From Eledone cirrhosa (taxonomy: Eukaryota), in the NCBI GenBank assembly GCA_964016885.1, contig OZ024740.1, forward strand, positions 419,368,001 through 419,432,000: 64,000 nucleotides of DNA, read 5' to 3'. Positions 54,509 through 64,000 of the stretch are shown here, one piece after another. The notes beneath the pieces were generated by a model. That model was not told where the DNA came from and made no database searches. It saw only the letters and a list, made by a program, of their open reading frames with translations. The first letter of the stretch is position 1. Each line of letters begins with the position of its first letter. Position numbers and translations under genes: made by a program.

Positions 54509-54659
54509 TTAAATTAAATGTTAATATTTAAGAATATTAATATGGCGTTGTTGTTGTTGTTGTTTTTAGCCTCAGATTGACTCTGATATAGATGTAAGGT
54601 CAAGGGTATTCCAGGTGTGACTACCCTCACCTCCACTCCACCCCTGGCATGTTGAAAGG

Positions 54660-54775
54660 TGCGTGCTTCAATGGATGTATGATTTTAATGCAAATGAATG
54701 GTGAAGCATGGATGAGCTGAGAGAGAAATTTAGTATAAGAGGAATGAAATGTAGTGTGTAAAAGGGAAGAGTGCA
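54660..54775 (+). pseudogene. Old diverged fragment of the RTE family ORF
   Basis: LQWMYDFNANEW*SMDELREKFSIRGMKCSV aligns by eye with LRWMCNSNIRERQSINELRKKLEIRGIRCCL. Confidence 0.65.
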
Positions 54776-54939
54776 AGGATCTCATAGGAGAAGGAAGCTG
54801 CAGTAGAGGAAAGCTAAAGAAAACCTAGGCAGAAGTAGTGTGAGTGGTTTCCAACACACTGACTCAGAGATGGGACATGTGGAGGAGGGGTAGGCTTGAA
54901 AAGACCTGGCCAACCCATGGATGGATGGAAAAACATATG

Positions 54940-55066
54940 TAATGATGATGGTGGTGGTGGTGGTGGTGGTGATGATGGTGATGGTGATGATGACGGTGGT
55001 GGTGATGATGATGATGATGATGTTGATGATGATGTTGACGGTGGTGCTGGTGATAATGATGGTGAG
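54940..55066. repeat. (GAT/GGT)n compound microsatellite, likely an expanded retroelement tail
   Basis: Follows CCAACCCATG..GGATGGAAAA, the RTE-tail motif. Confidence 0.85.
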
Positions 55067-55751
55067 GACTCTGTCTCCACATCCCTCTCAGGAATAAGTG
55101 GGCGTAGAAAAAGAATTTAAAATTCAGCATTTGTCTTAAAATTATTAAATCTATTAAAACCATAGTTCTTCTATAATTAATAAAGGAATAAAACATTTAT
55201 TTATTTATACAAAGAGTTTGTAGTTAACATTGTTTTCAGTTAAGTAAGTTATCAGAAAAATAGTTGTGAGGTCACGTAGAAAAACGAAATTTCACTTGTA
55301 TATCTGCCAAAATATGTTTATAGATTTTTGGTTGAAATACACATTCTTTGATACATAATATCATGTTTTATTAATGATTAGCAATAATCGAAGATGTTAG
55401 CCGAGAAGAAATCTGGAATTACATATTTATGTCTGACATAGAAATGGTTGTGACAAAATAGAAAGATGTGAATCGAACTGTCTAAATACATAATGGAAGC
55501 TCTAGGGAACCAGAAACCAGTATAATCAAAGTAAAACAACTTGGTTCAGCCAACATAAAAGATATGAACATATTTCACATATAAACTTTTGTGTGATAGA
55601 TAATAAATGGATGATTGGAAACAAAAGAAGAGACAAGGCATATTGATGTTTATACATATTTTAAGCCAGTAGATGTCTAGTCAAATTTTGTTTTACAGTT
55701 TTACATATAGTTTTTTTTCATTACTTTATATGCTTAACAGCAACAAATTGA

Positions 55752-56043
55752 GAGGAAGAGTACCCAGCTGTAGAAATTATTTCCTCCCAGTATGTAAATG
55801 TTTGAATTTACAACAGCACCTACAAGTTAAAGAATGTAAGACAGACAATAAATATTAAGAATGAATTGTTATGAGATTGGTTAAAGAAAGGGTGTATAGT
55901 AAATATTGAGGAAGAGTGCCCAGCTGTAAAAATTATTACCTCACAGTATGTAAATGTTTGAAGTTACACCAGCACCTCCCACCTACAACCAGACAATATT
56001 AAAAATCAATTGTTATGAGATTGTTTAAAGAAAGGGTATATAG
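55752..56043. repeat. ~150-bp diverged tandem duplication
   Basis: GAGGAAGAGT.CCCAGCTGTA.AAATTATT...TTAAAGAAAGGGT.TATAG at 55752-55899 and 55908-56043. Confidence 0.85.
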
Positions 56044-56702
56044 ATGTAATAATCTCCACTTTAATATTTTCCTGTTCTCACTATTACATCATTTTATAGT
56101 TGATAATGTGTGGGTTTTGGCATAATAAAGACTTTCAGAAATGTGATGGGAGAAAATGATTAAGATAATGGAAATGACGAGAATTATGATGAGGAGGAGG
56201 TACTTTGTTAATTTGGAAAGAAATGGTAGAAATAATGTCTTGAAATGTTTTCATTTGTTCTCACTTAAAAACTATTTACTTTAGTTTAATGAAGTAATAA
56301 CAAAAGTAGTTGATTTCCATTGGGCCAGAAGGTGTATATTTATATCCAGGAAGTAAATTCACAAAACTATGTTGCCAAACAAAGCCATATGTTTTCTGGT
56401 CTGTGGAAGATAAGCTGTATAAACATGATGGAGGAGCAGGGGGGTGGGGGAATAGATGAATATTTTTTTTTCTTTTTCTTTTTCTTGTATTTTACTTTTG
56501 GAAGGACTGCAGTTAGGAAACATCTATGTTAAGTAAGTATTTAACACAAGTTGTTAACATATTTCTGCTTCTTCTAGTTATATGCTGCTCCAGGTGACAT
56601 ATTAGTGATTTATCATTTATCATTTTTCAATATTTATAGAAGAAAAAAATATTATTTTCTAAATATACTACAAATAGTAAAAAAATTATTTCTCCAAATA
56701 TC

Positions 56703-56990
56703 GGGCGCCCTCCAACAGGTTAGTGGTTGAGCCCGCAGCAATGGAGACTTCTGGTGTCCTTGGCCCTAGAATCACCTCCTTACTTGCCACCACCAGCAGG
56801 GAGTTGGCTTCATTGCAAGTGTGAGCCTCGCCAGTTGGAATGGCTCTTCCAACACATCTCCCTCATCGTTCTGCTGGGAAACGCATTCTCTATTGTCTGC
56901 CGGGGCTGCGGGGAGGCCAGCATGTGGACTCCTATTTGCATATAATAGTGAAAGATGGGGAGAGAGAGAGAACATCAATGCACACATTTT
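56703..56990 (+). mobile_element. CRE-clade-like non-LTR retrotransposon 3' fragment
   Basis: GC-rich island translating (with a frameshift) PAAMETSGVLGP...EPRQLEWLFQHISLIVLLGNAFSI, which resembles the CRE RLE C-terminus P.A.ET.G..G...FL.QR.S..QRGNA. Confidence 0.65.
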
Positions 56991-58562
56991 TCAGTTCGAG
57001 TATTTTGAAGGGATTTCCTAAATATATTACAAAGAGTAAACACAAATATTTCTTAAATATACTACAAATAGTAAAAATATTATTTCCTAAATATACTCCA
57101 AATTTAAGTTATTTCATATATTTTATTTATGTCTTTACTCCTTCTATATTTTGAAACCAATATCATTGAAACTCTGTTCGGTATGTAGGTTCCTTTCTCT
57201 GGATGATCTTATCAGTGTTGGAAGAGATTCAATTTCAAGTTTTGTGATCAAAGGTTGAAACAATGGATCGAAGAACTTTAGGCCTTATCTAAGCACAATC
57301 TAGTTGTATGCTGTCAGAATGGGGCATTAAAATAGATTAATTAATGTTTCAGAGAGATTCCAGATAAGTTTAATCTGTTGAACAGGCACTGTATATGTTA
57401 AAAATAATCTTAGCTCAATCTAGCTATAAATTATAACATGACAGAGTATTGGCTTACAGTAAGTTTCATGTAGAAAATACTATGTATGTGTGATAAATAT
57501 AGGGGTTAAGAATCAAGTGAATCATGCATGGTATTCACAGGAACAGAAAAATTGAGATAGTTTAGACTGAACAAAACTGGCAAAATTAAAGTTATCTAAA
57601 AGGATAAACTTAAATTATTAAATGTTGGGGAAATATTTTTCTCACTTTATTGAATTTGTAATTATAAAAATCAAAATATCTCAGATCTAACAGGATAAGC
57701 AACAAGAGCCTAAGTATACAAGCAAATCATATATAATTAAAAGTATTAATAGTGAAAAATCAGAAATAACTTGACTAATGTGTTTTTTTAAACTCTTTAT
57801 CTTGTCCTTTGTGTCTTTTTATATTATAACTCAGTTTGTCTAATATTCTATCCCTTTTAGTTGCCCTATTTTTACATATCTTTTGGCTAGGTTCAAACTT
57901 AGAACTTAATTTCTAGTGCCAAATGTTAACACTCTAACTAATGGTGTTGAGAAATCTCATAGAATAGATATATGCTTAAAAGTTGAGATATTTAATCTTA
58001 TTTCTCTGTTAGCCATATTGTTCAGAAATATGTATTGAGTTTACTGATTTAGTTCTCAGTACCTTGTCTACCAAACCTGTTTTAGTTATCTTACTGTCAT
58101 TGTAGTTCTATGTTTATTATGGAAACCTTATTCTATAGGAGTCAGTAAATTCCATTTTGTACCATATGTGGTCTGCCATTCCAAGCTTTTGTTGTTTTCT
58201 TTTGATCACAATTTTCTTTTGATGTTTAAAGGTTGTCCCATTTTCCTTTTATAATTCTTTTTTGAAAATGTATTGGATTTTATATATGCAAGTCTTTAAT
58301 TCATATGTTTGAGTAGGTTTCATTGTGAGGAAGTGTCTACGGAGTGTAGCTTCCTTTTCGTAATTTAACACAGGTCTGATGTTTTATTGTTTTTTTTAGG
58401 TTCTTTGTGTCTTATTGACCAGATCCTCGTAGTTAGAGCTACAGTTGTCTCTCGCAGACAATCGGAAATTTTGACTGATTAAAATATATTGTAGATAAAA
58501 ACACAAACGATAACGATAATGATGATCTTTATTATCATCATTATTGTTTTTATGTCTGTACT

Positions 58563-58648
58563 TGATGAGATAAGAAAATCTCATCACTTCAGTACATGAT
58601 GAGATAAGAAAATCTCATCACTTCAGTACATGATGAGATAAGAAAATC
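58563..58648. repeat. 34-bp tandem repeat x2.5 with an internal hairpin
   Basis: TGATGAGAT-AAGAAA-ATCTCATCA-CTTCAGTACA. Confidence 0.9.
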
Positions 58649-58862
58649 GTATTACTCTTGTAAGAACTGTTCAGAACAATGTAGGGATATATTTGAGAGA
58701 ATAATGTTGTGTTAGGTGAAACTATAACTACATTAGAACCACTTTCCAATAAAGATAAAGATATTGAATAAATAAAACTAACCTGTTTGTAGCTAAAGTT
58801 CTAATGATACTGTGTTTTAATCAATTTTGAAAATAATCTAGAATTCAGAGGAATTTAGTAGT

Positions 58863-59079
58863 TTAACCCTTTAGCATTTAAACTGGCCAAATCCGACCAG
58901 AATTCATTCACCTCTTTCTGTTCAAACTGGCCATAACCGGCTGCTCATATTTATGTTAAGGTATTGTTCTCAAAATAAATATCAAAATTTCATAGATTCG
59001 ATATTATGTGAGATAATTAAAGCCTTTACTGCGAAAAGACAATAGTAAATATAGAGTAATGTAAATGTTAAATGGTTAA
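58863..59079 (+). mobile_element. piggyBac-type MITE family B nested in a decayed family-A MITE
   Basis: TTAA-CCCTTTAGCATTTA...TAAATGTTAAATGG-TTAA. Confidence 0.85.
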
Positions 59080-59901
59080 GGAATATTTCATTATTAAACT
59101 AATGTTAAAAAAAATGGTTCCTACAATGGTCTGATTTAAATATGAGCCCTTTAAAATGTATCATAAGACCAAAGGAAATCCCAAGTTTGTTGATATTGAG
59201 AGAGTTAAAGTCAATATGATAAAGATATTTAATAAACCATTATTAATAGATGTGTTAACATCAATGTATTAACATCAATGTATTAACATCAATGATGATT
59301 ATATTTCTAAAAAAATAAACAATTTTTAAGCTAATTAATTCTTTTGTGTGTATTAATATAAAATATTTTTATTCTAACCCTTAGAGTAAATTATAATTAG
59401 TCTTATACATTCCAATCACTTTGTCCTTTCAATCTTTCACATTAATTTGGAGGCAATACATTTTTAGTCAAAATTAGTTGATGACCATGATGGGCTTTTA
59501 AATAAACAAAAAATACATGTTATGGTTTAAAGGCAAATTCTTCCGCTTATAATTTTTCTCTAAAATTACTAAATACAATTAGGTGGACTGAATGTCTGAG
59601 GGCTGCAAATTCTTAACTCTTTCATTGTATTTCTAAGCCAGACTATGGTTTTGAAATAATTTTGAAAATAATCAAGAATTTAGAGGGATTTTCTAATGTA
59701 ATTAACTTTTTCATTATTTATCTGGTGATTGAAGAATAAGTTAAAGGTTCTTACATAAAATTATGATAGGAGAATTTTCTTAAAAATAAATATAAACACT
59801 TTAACCCTTTTAAAACCAAAATACCGCTGGTTCTATGATATAGAACTGTATTAAAGTGTTTATATTTATTTAAAAAATTTTCCATCGTATATGTGTATAT
59901 A

Positions 59902-60101
59902 CAAGGGTCAGCTGAAAAGTTCGTAGGCTGACCAAGATACTCTCATGGAATGACCAAATGAGGTTTATTTTTCAGCATAGTCCCTGGAAAGAAACAATGT
60001 AGTTACTAATATAGGAAGAGTTTAAATTAATGCATGCAACATTCCACAGCTCTAGCATCACTCCTTCATAGTCAGCCTATGAACTTTTCAGCCAACTCTT
60101 G
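59902..60101. mobile_element. Mariner-type MITE
   Basis: 31-bp TIRs CAAGGGTCAGCTGAAAAGTTCGTAGGCTGAC / GTCAGCCTATGAACTTTTCAGCCAACTCTTG, with TA on both sides. Confidence 0.9.
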
Positions 60102-60707
60102 TATACCGTATGTGGGGGAACTAGGGCCTTTCTAAGGAAGTGTTTTGCATTAAATTGCAAATGGTACCTTGCTATTTTTGCCACCAGAAATGCTGCCAAC
60201 CTTAGTCCATTGGAACCTTGTACCTGATGTCACTAATGTTCACAATTGAATATAAACAAAAAGAAAAACAAACAAACATAGAAAGTGAAGCAGGTGAAAA
60301 CATGGAACAGGTGTTGTGTAAATCTACCAATTAAGTTAAACAGGTAGAAGATATTCATAGGAAGGGCACTACAACACCATAAAGAATAATATTTACATAT
60401 TTATTTCTTGAAAATAATGGCTATGATTATTATAAAAGATAGTAAGGTGTTCATATGATTAAGAATGAAACTAGAAGTAAGATCAATACTATGGAGACAT
60501 TTATAAAATCATTAACATACTTTTAAAGGATCGATATTGTGCCAGAGAAAATTTTGCATAGCAATCCTTTGACATTCTCACAACTGTACGTATTAAATAT
60601 AGGTTAGAGTACAGCGTTCTAAGACATGATTTATTGATGTTCAATCTTCTAATTTCTGTTGCCAGGACAACACATCCGCTAGTAAAGTTTTAACAACAAC
60701 AATAATT

Positions 60708-61258
60708 ATTTCTTATATAGGCACAAAGCCAGCAAGTGTGGGGGACGGAAAGTCAATTAAATCGACCCCAGTGCATGACTGGTACTTTATTTTATCGACC
60801 CCGTAAGGATGAAAGGCAAAGTTAACCTCGGCGGGATTTGAACTCAGAATGGGAAGGGCCGTAACTCTGTGTCAAAGCATGGTGCCCGACCCCCTACCAA
60901 TACTGCCAAACCAATAATAGTTTGATTTATGCACAAGGCCAGCAATTTTTAGGGAAAGGAAAGTTGATTAAATTGACCCCAGTGCATTACTGGTACTTTA
61001 TTTTATCGACTCCGTAAGGATGAAAGGCAAAGTTAACCTCGGCTGGATTTGAACTCATGCTGCATAGCATGGTGTCCGACGCTCTACTGATTCTGCCAAT
61101 CCACTGCCCTAACAATAATAAAAATAATTCTTTCTACTTTTGGCACAAGGCCAACAATTTTGGAGGAGAGGAACGTCAATTAAATCGACCTCAGAAAGCA
61201 AAGGGCCATAACTGTATACTGCAAAATGATATCCGACACTCTACTAATCTACCGCCTT
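60708..61258 (-). mobile_element. Three head-to-tail SINE copies (60708-60912, 60920-61110, 61130-61258)
   Basis: Each has GCACAA(G/A)GCCA(G/A)CAA at its left end and CT(G/A)CCAA..C(C/A)C at its right. They belong to the same family as 9065 and 46995. Confidence 0.85.
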
Positions 61259-61672
61259 AATAAGTATGCTTTCTTTATTCACCACAAGGGTTGATACCAC
61301 CTTAATAATAATGATGATAACACTTTTTGTCCACAAAGGTCATATATACAATACAAAGTGTATCATAGAAAAGTAGTTACAAAACATATCGTGGATGTAC
61401 AAGAATATAATTACTGGGGGTGGCAGTGTGTGTGTAGGGGAGGGGGGTAATACAATTTAAGTCAGATTTAAAAATTGGTGCACAAAACGAATACAAGTAA
61501 AAGCAAGCCAGCCACAAATGGGTAAGAAGGTCTAGTCCAGATAAGATCACGATACCCCACAACCTTCACCAGCTTCTGTTCCAATCTCTCACATTCTCTG
61601 GGGTAGGATCCCTTCACTGTTGATAGTTATTAAAAACAATGTTAGTTGCCTGTCTATCTTAGGGGATTTACA

Positions 61673-61713
61673 TTGTCCCCTTTCTTGTTGCGCCCTTGTG
61701 GCTAATAAAGAAA
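61673..61713 (+). mobile_element. 41-bp retroelement 3' tip with a 20-bp TSD
   Basis: TCTATCTTAGGGGATTTACA at 61653-61672 and 61714-61733. The insert ends CCCTTGTGGCTAATAAAGAAA, and a similar tip occurs in reverse at ~61270-61290. Confidence 0.8.
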
Positions 61714-61877
61714 TCTATCTTAGGGGATTTACAACCCATTCCTCATATTCCCAAGCAATATTCAATTCTCTATCTTTTTTAGAATCAACATTAAATATAA
61801 TAGGTTTTCTCTAAATTAGTGTAAAGTTCAGGGACTCTATTGAGGTGAACACCCTCTCTGTGAAGGACTGAATATAA

Positions 61878-62096
61878 TTAACCCTTTACCACTTACATTA
61901 CTTTATATTTACTGTTGTATTTTCATGGTAAATTCTTTATTTCACATAATTATCTCACATAATATCAAATCTATGTGATTTTGATATAATTTATTTTGAG
62001 AACAGTACTTTAATATAATTATGAGCAGCTGGTTTGAACAGAAAGAGGTGAGAGAATTCTGTCCAGATACGGCTGGTTTAAATGCTAAAGAGTTAA
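61878..62096 (-). mobile_element. piggyBac-type MITE family B
   Basis: TTAA-CCCTTTACC...AATGCTAAAGAG-TTAA. Confidence 0.85.
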
Positions 62097-64000
62097 GAAA
62101 CATTTTAGTAATTCTTTGTTCATATTAGGAGGGGGTACATCTTTTTTGTAATGTATTTTTTACCTTAAGGCTTTTTCAGTAGACGTGTTCAACATATTGA
62201 ATCTGAGATTTTATGACCAGAATTGCAAAAGAAAAAAATAAGTGATAAACATATGATTAAATATCGCAGAAGTATTCATATTTTCATCACATTCCGAATA
62301 CTGTGTGATGATTTAAAAGGTCTTGTATCTGGTTTATATATCAATCAATATTTATCTGAAGAAATGGATGTGTGACTTAACAACACAGGCTGTGTTAGCC
62401 TGCTAATTTATTATTAATGCTACTTTTGATTTTAATATTCCAAGTAATTTAAATATAATTATCTTCTGTCTTTTATTTTTTTTATTCATTTTTCTTAGTT
62501 GTTGATACATTTCTTTTTCTATTATGTTTTAAGAGCATTAACATGCTTAGAATTTTCTCTTAACACTAATCCAAATTATGTTTAAAATTGTAATCAATAT
62601 TTTATTTCATTTTTAATTTTATGAAATTTACAAGGGAAACATATATAATTGTTTAAATATCAGCATCATTTTAAAGCTAAATTAACTGCAACAGATTGTA
62701 CACAACTGACATTTTACAGAATAACAAAACATTTTACTGTAAATCTCCTTTCATTGCACTGTTGATCAATGGTAGGCTTCCTTTCTTCTAGTTCACTTAT
62801 ATCAACCTATTAAATAAAGGTCAGCGTTCCTGTTTCATTACTGAAAATGTCTATTACACTGTATTTTTCTGCTGTAAGCCACAGCTAGAGGATGTCAGCA
62901 TATTTATTGTAAGTTCTTTCATTTATCCTTTTTTCCATTCTTCTCTCGACTTTTAATGTGTTTATCTACAAAATGCCCAATTTCCTTCTAAATACTTGCT
63001 GTGAAAGTCTGATATTACATATCTTCTAGGAATAAGAACAATCACTAAAATATATTGCTACCGTTTGTCTCTGTCCCCTTTTTTCCATGACCTGTGTCAG
63101 TTTATTTTCCATGTGCAATACTTCAACAATTTCTTAAGTGCATTTCAAGGGTCAAATTTGAAAGTCCTCACTTCTTTAGTTAGTTTGAACCTTTGTGGGT
63201 TTTCATTGCCTTACATTTCTGATGTCAAAACTTGCCAGGATTGACTTTGACTTTCACCTTTCATCTTTCCCTGTCTAAGAAAATATTTATTTTTGTGCAC
63301 TTTACACACATTCTTGTGTATATCATTCTCACTGTGTGGTTATATGCATGTGTATATAAGTGTGACATCACTCACTTATATTGTCAAAAACATTTTTAAC
63401 AAACTATATTTCGTTACTAAATAAAACAAATCTTATGGTTTCTTAGTTTACAAAAAAATCATTTTTTCTTTTCAATCAAATTAGTTTGTTTTGCTATGTA
63501 GTAAGTTGCAGTGGGGAGTTTTTAAGTTTAAAGCAAGTTGGTTTTTAAAAAAAGCAATAACCACTTACAATGAAGAAATTATGTACATTCACACTCACTC
63601 ACACACACACACACGCGCACACTCACAGTCACTCACTCACACACACTCACGCAGTGATCATTGGGTATACAAAAGTGTAGGTATTGAATATTTGTGAAAG
63701 TTCACAATGTACATGTAATTGTTATAGTAACATAATTATGTAGTTCTTATTACTTACTTATTTTACAATTTTTGGCAGATGTGAACTTTAGTTTTCTCTC
63801 AGTTATTATCATCATCATCATCATCATCATCATACATCCATTTTTCCAATGTGGTATGGGTTAGTCTATCTATTTCTAAACCTAGTTTACAATGACTATC
63901 ATAGGAAGTTACATTGAGATGGCTTCCTGTTGCTTTCTCCAGGTAGATGTGAAACCTAAGAATTTTAGTTAACCCTTTAGTTACCAACCTGGCCAAAACC

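Noticed and set aside
54814-55196. Poly-His / poly-Ser-Pro / poly-Asp-Gly ORFs
   Set aside because: (GAT/GGT)n microsatellite at a retroelement tail.
58563-58648. CRISPR-like palindromic 34-bp repeats
   Set aside because: The units are directly adjacent with identical linkers and no unique spacers. There are no cas genes and the context is eukaryotic.
62750-63150. Possible decayed coding or integrase-like sequence on the minus strand
   Set aside because: Only short open stretches and no motif I can name with confidence.

Overview
AT-rich, repeat-dense animal (non-prokaryotic) genomic DNA with no host protein-coding gene that I can support. The SINE types, (GAT)n-tailed RTE LINEs and very large (TA)n/(TATG)n fields suggest a cephalopod (Octopus-like) genome; this is an inference. 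Contents: (1) a decayed hAT (Buster/Charlie-type) transposon sitting inside an old RTE/RTE-X LINE fragment (0.4-3.1 kb). (2) A ~24-kb microsatellite field (15.1-39.4 kb) packed with non-LTR elements: two young copies of an APE-RT RTE LINE whose ORF carries a PHD-like finger, seven copies or fragments of a ~590-bp bipartite non-autonomous RTE/BovB-like element, and an R4/Dong-like remnant. A ~5.8-kb tandem duplication also lies in this field. (3) Many tRNA-derived SINEs, TTAA piggyBac-type and TA mariner/pogo-type MITEs, often nested with clean target-site duplications, plus a CRE-like remnant. The most interesting signal is about ten type-I hammerhead ribozyme motifs on both strands, probably from Penelope-like elements. 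Several unrelated copies share a non-canonical mismatch at the base of stem II, and one pair forms the inverted ends of a ~340-bp element. All long Y/I/M/C/V/H/T ORFs in the track are microsatellite artefacts. All structures and alignments were read by eye.
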